DNA of 64,000 nucleotides from a virus: the IMG/VR virus record IMGVR_UViG_3300037089_000251, positions 32,001-96,000 of that record, one strand, 5' to 3'. Made by a program: the position numbers and the translations under genes. Under the pieces are notes generated by a model. That model ran no database searches. It saw only the letters and a program-made list of their open reading frames with translations, and was not told the DNA's origin. Positions 19,722 to 26,045 of the stretch are shown here, piece by piece; within the stretch, counting starts at the first letter, position 1; each line of letters begins with the position of its first letter.

Positions 19722-20275
19722 TTTGCCCCGTCCGGTTCGCCAGCGAGGAGCAGACCCGAGCCATCGCCGACTGGGTTCGCTATCAAGAGAACGTGGAGGG
19801 AAATGCCGTCCATTGGCCTGCCCGAGATACCCGGCAAGGCCAGGACAGCCTCAAGATATGCGAGGACAACCGCTTCGCCATGGAGCACTCCGACGAGGTC
19901 CATGTCTGGTACGAGCCGACCAGCCAAGGCAGCGTGTTCGACATCGGCATGGCGTTCGTCATGCGCAAGCCGGTATTCCTCGTCAACCCCTCCGCCGTGG
20001 TGCCCACCGAGAGCAAGTCTTATAACAATCTTGTTATAATCCTCGACAAGCAGGCACGGGAGTGGAAGCAGACTATGGTAGATTTGACGAAGGTCAGCGC
20101 CGGGCAGGTGGGATTCTGCGAGTACGACGAGGACCACCGCATGCGGGTGCCGGTCAGCCGTAGGGAGTTCCAAAGGATGGTAGCGGGGATAAACCATAAC
20201 GAGTCTGAGATTGAGGGTGAGTTGGCGGGTATGCCCTATGACGAAGACCCCGCTCAGGAGGCGGCGAACCGATGA
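19706..20275 (+). CDS. Nucleoside 2-deoxyribosyltransferase-like protein
   Basis: IFLICPV...VHWPARD...SDEVHV...SQGSVFDIGMAF...KPV; AAGGAG RBS. Confidence 0.65.
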   Translation: MRIFLICPVRFASEEQTRAIADWVRYQENVEGNAVHWPARDTRQGQDSLKICEDNRFAMEHSDEVHVWYEPTSQGSVFDIGMAFVMRKPVFLVNPSAVVPTESKSYNNLVIILDKQAREWKQTMVDLTKVSAGQVGFCEYDEDHRMRVPVSRREFQRMVAGINHNESEIEGELAGMPYDEDPAQEAANR

Positions 20276-20805
20276 AGGCATGGACGCTGAGAGAGCCTTG
20301 GGCTAGCCTCGTGGTCATCGGAGAGAAGAAGTGGGAGACCCGCTCCCGGCCGAACTGGAAGCTCGTGGGCACGAGGGTCGCCATCCATGCCGCCAAGAAG
20401 TTTGACAAGGGCCTGCTGGACGAGGACAGCGGCATCTTCAAGAATGACTTCTTCAACACCGCACTGGCCAAGTACGACATCGACCCCGACATGTTCGCCC
20501 TCGGCAGCGTCATAGGGTTCGTCCGAGTGATGTCCTGCGACAGGGTTGAGTCTATCAGGGGGTTTCTTCGCTCTGACCAGTTGGCCTTCGGGGACTGGTC
20601 TGACGGGAGGTACTGCTTCCGCCTGGTGGACCCAGAGATGATTGAGCCTGTTCCCGCCAAGGGGGCGCTGTGCGTCTGGGAATGGGACATGAAAGGCTAC
20701 TACCCCGGCAGCGACCCGCTGGCAGGATATAGGAACCTAAGGGTGCCTGCGATGGGGCTGGAACCCAGTACATCCCTCCTAGATTTGGAATACCCACACC
20801 TTTAG
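20272..20805 (+). CDS. ASCH domain protein
   Basis: TLREPWASLVVIGEKKWETRS...VAIHAAK...GSVIG...PVPAKGALCVW. Confidence 0.85.
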   Translation: MKAWTLREPWASLVVIGEKKWETRSRPNWKLVGTRVAIHAAKKFDKGLLDEDSGIFKNDFFNTALAKYDIDPDMFALGSVIGFVRVMSCDRVESIRGFLRSDQLAFGDWSDGRYCFRLVDPEMIEPVPAKGALCVWEWDMKGYYPGSDPLAGYRNLRVPAMGLEPSTSLLDLEYPHL

Positions 20806-21813
20806 GTGAGGAGCACCGATATGGCCACACCCAGCCCGTTCAAGTCCGCCTTTCTCAAGAGCGCCGAGCCTCTTCTTTACGTCGTCAAGCGGGATGGGAA
20901 GCCCCTTACCGACCCGATGTCCCACAACGAGTGCTTCGAGTGGCTCCAGAAGGCACATCCTGCCTATTCCGTGTCCCATGCCACCCAGTACGAGGGGTTC
21001 TCCATAGACCCCGCCCAGCCCGGCGATGCCGCCGGACCCGAGGACCCGACGCTCGCCCCCAACTTCTTCAAGACCGACGACAAGGACTTCCTGAGGGAGA
21101 TGGGGATATCGTCATCGCTCAAGCGGCGTCCCGACTATGGGCTGGCCAGACCGATAGACCCCCTTGCCAAGAAGGCAGGGTTCAAGTTTGAAACCCCTGG
21201 ATTGGACAGGCAGCAGCTTACGAAGGATGTGGCCAAGTATAGGGAGCTTCTGGCAAAGACCAAGGACAACAAGGAGTCGGAAGACCTGGCATTCAAGCTC
21301 TCGCTGGCGGAAGCAAAGTTGAAGATGCTGAGCCAAAAGCAGGCTGCGGGCATATCCGCCGCCCCGAGGGACTACCCGGTCAAGAGGCAGAAGGACGGGT
21401 TCTGGTACATCATCGGCTTACAGGGAGAGGAGCTTAGCGAGAACGCCGAGGGTTCCCCCACGATAAAGACCCCGGACTCGTGGCTCAATGTCCACCAGAA
21501 CGCCAAGAACCTCGACCTTTCCGAGCAGATTTACCGGGAGCTTTATGCCGAGTTCCAGACCAACGACAACCTCAAGGACGGGGACACCTTCAGCACCCCC
21601 ATTGGCCAGTTCATATGCAAGGGGGTGGATGTCATCCCCGCCGACGATATGGCCAAGCAGGCGATAGCCGAGGTCGATGAGAGCTACCGGTGCGCTAACT
21701 GCGGGTGTGACCAAGGGATGCACCGCAAGGGCTATGACGACAACGGCTATCAAGTGTATGGCCAGTGCTCAGACCATCCCGAGTGCAAGGAATATGTACG
21801 CCGTGGTGAGTGA
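20806..21813 (+). CDS. Modular protein with DKDFLxxMGI motif and C-terminal Cys/His Zn module
   Basis: 335-aa ORF containing DDKDFLREMGI and CANCGC..MH...C...C. Confidence 0.6.
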   Translation: MRSTDMATPSPFKSAFLKSAEPLLYVVKRDGKPLTDPMSHNECFEWLQKAHPAYSVSHATQYEGFSIDPAQPGDAAGPEDPTLAPNFFKTDDKDFLREMGISSSLKRRPDYGLARPIDPLAKKAGFKFETPGLDRQQLTKDVAKYRELLAKTKDNKESEDLAFKLSLAEAKLKMLSQKQAAGISAAPRDYPVKRQKDGFWYIIGLQGEELSENAEGSPTIKTPDSWLNVHQNAKNLDLSEQIYRELYAEFQTNDNLKDGDTFSTPIGQFICKGVDVIPADDMAKQAIAEVDESYRCANCGCDQGMHRKGYDDNGYQVYGQCSDHPECKEYVRRGE

Positions 21814-21843
21814 AATTTCCCATAAAACCTAGTATTTTCTGGT

Positions 21844-22215
21844 ATGGCCAGAAAGCATTACACCCAGATGTCCGTGCCCGAGTTGGTGGAGGTGCGGAAC
21901 TATGTAAATGACCTGCGCCTGAGGACTACTCAGCCCCATTACTACAACCGGAAGCAGGAGCGGTCGTTCTCTCAGGGTCAGGTCTACGCTGCCGTCAAGA
22001 TGGGGAAGCTCATCGAGGTCCATAACGACAGGGAGCCGGATATCCGGGCGCTTTTCCGGGACGATACGGGAACTTGCGTGGTCATCGACTTGGGCAGCGG
22101 GGACATCATCACGGTCTACTACAATGACCCCGAGGACAAGCACTTCACCCTCAACAAGGGGTTGTACCGGTGGCAGGTAGACCTGTGCTCGATAGTCATC
22201 GGGCTTAGAAAGTAG
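21844..22215 (+). CDS. Hypothetical protein (DUF4258-like)
   Basis: H...R..ER...VV.D....IITVY pattern. Confidence 0.45.
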   Translation: MARKHYTQMSVPELVEVRNYVNDLRLRTTQPHYYNRKQERSFSQGQVYAAVKMGKLIEVHNDREPDIRALFRDDTGTCVVIDLGSGDIITVYYNDPEDKHFTLNKGLYRWQVDLCSIVIGLRK

Positions 22216-22221
22216 GCAACC

Positions 22222-22548
22222 ATGGGAGCAAAAGCAGCAGTAGCGCCGATAGCGCCGATAGTTATGGAACAGGTCACCTACGACCGCTGGGACCCCGTCT
22301 ACGAGCTTGACATGCGGGGCAAGAAGCCCCCCATCCTTGTCTGGAAGTACGAGGATGCCCCCGAGGAGATAAAGGCGAGGATTATCGCCGAGAACTTCTG
22401 GTTCACCCCCGACTGGGTGGCGCTAAGGCCACCGCAGATAAAGAGCGGGGACATCCCCTGCATGCTGGAGGAAGGCTCCTTCCTCTTCATATCCTCGGGC
22501 ATCGTTGACCTTGAGGACGGCGGGGCCATCTTGGTGGGGAACAAGTAA
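22222..22548 (+). CDS. Hypothetical protein
   Basis: 108-aa ORF in a co-directional run. Confidence 0.55.
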   Translation: MGAKAAVAPIAPIVMEQVTYDRWDPVYELDMRGKKPPILVWKYEDAPEEIKARIIAENFWFTPDWVALRPPQIKSGDIPCMLEEGSFLFISSGIVDLEDGGAILVGNK

Positions 22549-22680
22549 GGAATCTATGAGCATGCTTGCCGACATCCTGCTGTCTCGTATCCTTTGCCTT
22601 GGGGCAAGCATCTAATGTTGGAACTCAGTATTATCGCTTAGACTGGCTTGGCCAGAATCAAACTACATGGAATGGTTAAT

Positions 22681-23268
22681 ATGAGCACCACCTACTACAA
22701 GTCCAAACGGGCATTTGACGTATCCCTCACTCTTTTGGCGATGCTGGCTGGCCTCCCCCTTTTCCTGGTAATCGCTGCCTCCATCTGGATGACCTCCAAG
22801 GGTCCCATCATCTTCCGGCAGAAGCGGGTGGGGTGGAAGGGCAGGGATTTCATGATGTACAAGTTTCGTACCATGAGGCCCGGAACGAGCAGGCGTCTTG
22901 ACCTCGTCACCAAGAACGACCCACGGGTTACGTGGGTGGGAAGGTTCCTCCGGGCGACCCACCTGGACGAGCTTCCTCAGCTTTTCAACGTCCTCAAGGG
23001 GGACATGAGCTTGGTTGGTCCCCGCCCCGAGGAGTACAATCTGGCACAGCACCTCTCCGAGAACATCCCCGGCTATACCGAGGCTCTCGACATGATGCCG
23101 GGTCTGACGGGTCTTTCGCAGCTTTGCGGCCGGGAAAAGGTAAATGCGCTGGGACGTAGGTTCGAGGTGAGGCTCCACAGGTGGTACAGGCGCAATAGAA
23201 GCTTCGCTTATGACGCCCTTTTGGTTCTGGCCACCGTCCCGCACGTGATTTTGCGCCGGGGCGTGTAA
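22681..23268 (+). CDS. Bacterial sugar transferase (monotopic phosphoglycosyl transferase, WcaJ/PglC-like)
   Basis: KRAFD, GPIIFRQKRVG, F.MYKFRTM, DPRVT.VGRFLR, LDELPQLFNVLKGDMSLVGPRP and PGLTGLSQ motifs. Confidence 0.9.
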   Translation: MSTTYYKSKRAFDVSLTLLAMLAGLPLFLVIAASIWMTSKGPIIFRQKRVGWKGRDFMMYKFRTMRPGTSRRLDLVTKNDPRVTWVGRFLRATHLDELPQLFNVLKGDMSLVGPRPEEYNLAQHLSENIPGYTEALDMMPGLTGLSQLCGREKVNALGRRFEVRLHRWYRRNRSFAYDALLVLATVPHVILRRGV

Positions 23269-23457
23269 AATAATTCCGAAAAACACGACTACCGGGAGTA
23301 TTATATGAGTGGAGGGAATCACGGGACACCGAGACACCCTCCATATTATAGCCCACGACTCCTACATTCCCCGGCAAGACCGTGGATGGCACCAAGGGGG
23401 GTCGGAAATTCTGAGGGGGCGGACGCCCGGCGACTGCCCCCTCTTAGAGATTGCACC

Positions 23458-23535
23458 ATGCTGATGAACGTCACCATGCCGCACACACAAACGCAGACCC
23501 AAATTAGGGCTGGCGGCGGAGCCTGCTCGGGATAA
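23458..23535 (+). CDS. Candidate attenuator leader peptide (MLMNVTMPHTQTQTQIRAGGGACSG)
   Basis: Short ORF with tandem Thr/Gln/Ile codons at 23485-23505, overlapping an antiterminator strand; alternative starts at 23464 and 23476. Confidence 0.65.
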   Translation: MLMNVTMPHTQTQTQIRAGGGACSG

Positions 23536-23558
23536 TAAAATCCGAGCCGAGACTCTTC

Positions 23559-23588
23559 AGCCGCCCAAAAGGCGGCTTTCGTGTTTTT
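23559..23588 (+). terminator. Intrinsic terminator of the candidate attenuator
   Basis: AGCCGCC-CAAAA-GGCGGCT followed by TTCGTGTTTTT; its 5' arm can alternatively pair with GGCGGCGGAG at 23512-23521. Confidence 0.75.
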
Positions 23589-23754
23589 AGGGGGGTTATG
23601 GGCAGCGTGAGCTTGACCGAGGTTGACAGGAACGACCCTTGGGATGTATTCTTGGACAAGCACCTTCCCGAGAAGGAAGATACTCAGGAGGCAGGTGCTC
23701 CAAGGCGGGGCGGTATCCGCTTGGTAAAAAGCGGCGGCACCGGGATGCGGAGGC

Positions 23755-24123
23755 ATGATGGCCAAGTTCGAGCAGCATTGCTTCGATTGCAAGGCTATCC
23801 TCGGCAATAGGCATGAGGAAGTCAATCGGTGGATGGACGGGCTGTTCTGGAAGAAGGGACCCGCCCACAGGCGCTTCCGGCACCACATGCACGGGGTCAG
23901 GAAGGCACAGGAGCTTTTCGGTCCCGAGGGAGCCAAGGCAGCCATCGTCCACATCGTCAGGGACATGGGTGCGGTGCCGAGGGAGAGGGACTACGACGAG
24001 GTACCGGAGGGGGTCACGATTTTCCCCACTTTCTGTGCCCCGCCGCTAGGCTTCGACCAGCACTTTGACATGTTTCAAGAGAAGACCGAGGAAGAGATTA
24101 AGAGGATTCTGGGGGAGACGTAA
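23755..24123 (+). CDS. His-rich protein (DUF6915-like)
   Basis: H...VNRWMD...HRRFRHH..G....E.FG...HIVRD pattern; GGAGG RBS. Confidence 0.55.
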   Translation: MMAKFEQHCFDCKAILGNRHEEVNRWMDGLFWKKGPAHRRFRHHMHGVRKAQELFGPEGAKAAIVHIVRDMGAVPRERDYDEVPEGVTIFPTFCAPPLGFDQHFDMFQEKTEEEIKRILGET

Positions 24124-24205
24124 GGGATAGACCATGGGGTTTCCGGGCAGTATTGAGCCGTGCAATGAGGCTCCATAGCCCCCTTTTCCTCCCCCATCAG
24201 GTTTT

Positions 24206-24281
24206 TGGCGGGTAGCTCATCTGGCAGAGCGCAGTCCTGATAAGACTGAGGTGATGGGTTCAACTCCCATACCGCCAACCA
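24206..24281 (+). tRNA. tRNA-Ile(GAT)
   Basis: Cloverleaf; anticodon arm CAGTC-CTGATAA-GACTG; T-loop TTCAACT; encoded CCA; G7:A66 mismatch. Confidence 0.9.
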
Positions 24282-24285
24282 TATT

Positions 24286-24618
24286 ATGGAAAAACGGCTC
24301 CTGTTCTCGCTCACGAAGAGCGATTTCGACTTCGAGACGTTCTGTACGGGAGGCAAGGGAGGACAGCACCGCAATGCCAAGCAGAACGGGGTGCGCTGCA
24401 TCCATCCTCCGTCCGGGGCACGGGCGGAGCACCGTGACGGGCGGGACCAGTACCGTAACAAGCAGGAGGCTTTCCGCAAGTGCGTCGGGTCCCCGGAGTT
24501 CAAGGCATGGCACCGGCTGGAAGTGGCCAGAAGGCTGGGGCAGCTTGGTGACATCGAGCGCAGGGTAGATGAGATGATGCGCTCGGAGAACCTGAAGTTT
24601 GAGTTAGTGGAAGCATAG
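24286..24618 (+). CDS. Stand-alone peptidyl-tRNA hydrolase / release-factor GGQ domain (ArfB/PrfH-like)
   Basis: GGKGGQHRN...GVRCIHPPSG...RDQYRNK.EAF. Confidence 0.85.
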   Translation: MEKRLLFSLTKSDFDFETFCTGGKGGQHRNAKQNGVRCIHPPSGARAEHRDGRDQYRNKQEAFRKCVGSPEFKAWHRLEVARRLGQLGDIERRVDEMMRSENLKFELVEA

Positions 24619-24624
24619 TTTTGT

Positions 24625-24699
24625 GGCACCGTCGTCCAGCGGCTAGGACCTCCGCCCGATTAGCGGAAGACCTCGGTTCGAGTCCGAGCGGGGCTACCA
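24625..24699 (+). tRNA. Atypical tRNA with GAT (Ile) anticodon
   Basis: Anticodon arm TCCGC-CCGATTA-GCGGA (C33, T37); T arm CTCGG-TTCGAGT-CCGAG; A4:G69 mismatch; CCA end. Confidence 0.7.
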
Positions 24700-24702
24700 A
24701 GT

Positions 24703-24812
24703 TTGTGGGGCGGTAGGACTCCGCTTAATCGAGCGAGCCGAGGGAGTGACCCCGGCAGTGTCGTACCTTAAAGTGGCGTACACACGCAAGAATTCAATAG
24801 ACTCGCCCACAA
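24703..24812 (+). ncRNA. Candidate structured ncRNA within the tRNA cassette
   Basis: Closing stem TTGTGG(G)GCG/CGCCCACAA enclosing three internal hairpins; no ORF. Confidence 0.4.
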
Positions 24813-24868
24813 GGTTTAGCTCGCCTGCCATGCGCAGGAGGAGTTGAGGTCGCCTTAGGCGTCCTTTG

Positions 24869-24944
24869 GCCGGTGTAGTTCAGTTGGCAGAACGCACGCC
24901 TCGTAAGCGTGAAGTCGCAGGTTCGATGCCTGTCACCGGCTCCA
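24869..24944 (+). tRNA. tRNA-Thr(CGT)
   Basis: Acceptor GCCGGTG/CACCGGC; anticodon arm CACGC-CTCGTAA-GCGTG; CCA. Confidence 0.92.
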
Positions 24945-24950
24945 TTTTCT

Positions 24951-25025
24951 GCTGCCGTATCACAGTGGTAGTGAGCCTGCTTGGTAAGCAGGAGGTCGCT
25001 GGTTCGAGTCCAGCCGGTAGCTCCA
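24951..25025 (+). tRNA. tRNA-Thr(GGT)
   Basis: Acceptor GCTGCCG/CGGTAGC; anticodon arm CCTGC-TTGGTAA-GCAGG; CCA. Confidence 0.92.
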
Positions 25026-25031
25026 TTTTAA

Positions 25032-25106
25032 GCCTTCGTAGCTCAGTGGCAGAGCGCTTCCTTGGTAAGGAAGAGGTCGTGGGTTCGATTCCCACCTTCG
25101 GCTCCA
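25032..25106 (+). tRNA. tRNA-Thr(GGT) with three acceptor-stem mismatches
   Basis: Anticodon arm CTTCC-TTGGTAA-GGAAG; acceptor GCCTTCG vs CTTCGGC; CCA. Confidence 0.8.
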
Positions 25107-25110
25107 TTTG

Positions 25111-25185
25111 GTCGGTGTAGCTCAGTTGCAGAGCGCCGGTCCCGTAAACCGGAGGTCGGGGGTTCAAAACCCCTCATCGGCTCCA
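25111..25185 (+). tRNA. tRNA-Thr(CGT), atypical (C33)
   Basis: Anticodon arm CCGGT-CCCGTAA-ACCGG; T-loop TTCAAAA; CCA. Confidence 0.8.
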
Positions 25186-25198
25186 TCTTGAGGTTATC

Positions 25199-25408
25199 AT
25201 GTGGCGTCAGGGAAGATTTCGGAAGACGAACGATGGCCAAGCCCCACGCTTCACCTATATGATATGCTGGGTGGAGGACAGGGCAGCCCTGAAGGTCGGG
25301 AAGTTCGTTAACTTCAAGGATGTCGAGGGTCTGTGGGAGGTCACTTGGCTATCGACCATAACCAGCAAGACCCGCCCCCGTCAGACCTGGCATGTCGGGG
25401 GACTATAA
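25199..25408 (+). CDS. Small hypothetical protein inside the tRNA cassette
   Basis: GAGG RBS; 69 aa that fill the gap between two tRNAs. Confidence 0.55.
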   Translation: MWRQGRFRKTNDGQAPRFTYMICWVEDRAALKVGKFVNFKDVEGLWEVTWLSTITSKTRPRQTWHVGGL

Positions 25409-25412
25409 GTTT

Positions 25413-25497
25413 GCTACCGTGGCTCAGCGGCGACAGCACCGGTTTTGTAAACCGGCAGAGAAATCTCACAGCGGTTCGAGTCCGCTCGGTAGCTCCA
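25413..25497 (+). tRNA. tRNA-Thr(TGT) with long variable arm
   Basis: Acceptor GCTACCG/CGGTAGC; anticodon arm CCGGT-TTTGTAA-ACCGG; extra arm GAGA-AA-TCTC; CCA. Confidence 0.8.
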
Positions 25498-25553
25498 GTT
25501 TGTGGTTGCCATCTGCATGGTTTATGATGCGTCTGGCAACCAAGTAAGGTTGT

Positions 25554-25629
25554 TCCGGGGTCACTTCTAACGGTAGGAAACTGGGCTTTGAACCCAGGAA
25601 TGGGGGTTCGACTCCCTCCCCCGGAACCA
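25554..25629 (+). tRNA. tRNA-Gln(TTG)
   Basis: Acceptor TCCGGGG/CCCCGGA; anticodon arm CTGGG-CTTTGAA-CCCAG; CCA. Confidence 0.9.
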
Positions 25630-25636
25630 AGATTGT

Positions 25637-25710
25637 TCCAGAGTCGTCTAACGTAGGATGCCGCTCTTTGAAAGCGTGCGATGGGGGTTCGATTCCACCC
25701 TCTGGAACCA
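25637..25710 (+). tRNA. tRNA-Gln(TTG)
   Basis: Acceptor TCCAGAG/CTCTGGA; anticodon loop CTTTGAA; CCA. Confidence 0.85.
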
Positions 25711-25785
25711 AAGTTAAAGTCCATTATACGACACCTTAAGTTTTCCCGAAAAATCAGTTCTGGCCACGGTATTATGACTTGCAGT

Positions 25786-25856
25786 GCTGAGGCTATGGGG
25801 GCGCTTCCTTCTAAATTGACTCATACTCAAACCCTAGCTCCCCCGGTTTCCTCAGC
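25786..25856 (+). ncRNA. Repeated small structured RNA, copy 1
   Basis: Outer stem GCTGAGG/CCTCAGC; inner stem GGGGG-c-GCT/AGC-t-CCCCC; conserved TCCTTCTA loop. Confidence 0.65.
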
Positions 25857-25892
25857 GTAATTTTTGGATTTACCCGGTATTCTATAAGTGGT

Positions 25893-25955
25893 GGCTGGCT
25901 ATGGGGGCGCTTCCTTCTATTCCTTTGGCGAAAATAGCTCTCCTGATTTCCAGCC
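25893..25955 (+). ncRNA. Repeated small structured RNA, copy 2
   Basis: Outer stem GGCTGG/CCAGCC; same CTAT and GATTT internal loop and TCCTTCTA loop. Confidence 0.65.
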
Positions 25956-26045
25956 CCGTTCTCATCCCAGTTCCTAGTGATTAGTCCGCATCAAGGTCAC
26001 GGTTGCTACAGCCGAGGCATAGCCTCGTGCCCGAGGAGGCTGAAA

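Noticed and set aside
23305-23457. 76-aa version of the leader ORF
   Set aside because: Its ATG abuts the promoter -10 motif and the segment folds into GC-rich hairpins. The downstream ATGs fit a leader peptide better, though leaderless translation cannot be excluded.
24703-24812. tmRNA, SRP or 6S RNA
   Set aside because: Too short for tmRNA, no T-arm/CCA end or tag ORF, no SRP GGAA core and no long 6S-like duplex.
25413-25497. tRNA-Tyr(GTA) assignment
   Set aside because: The long arm suggests Tyr, but the 7-nt loop TTTGTAA centres on TGT. G1-C72, C2-G71 and the T discriminator match most of the neighbouring Thr tRNAs.
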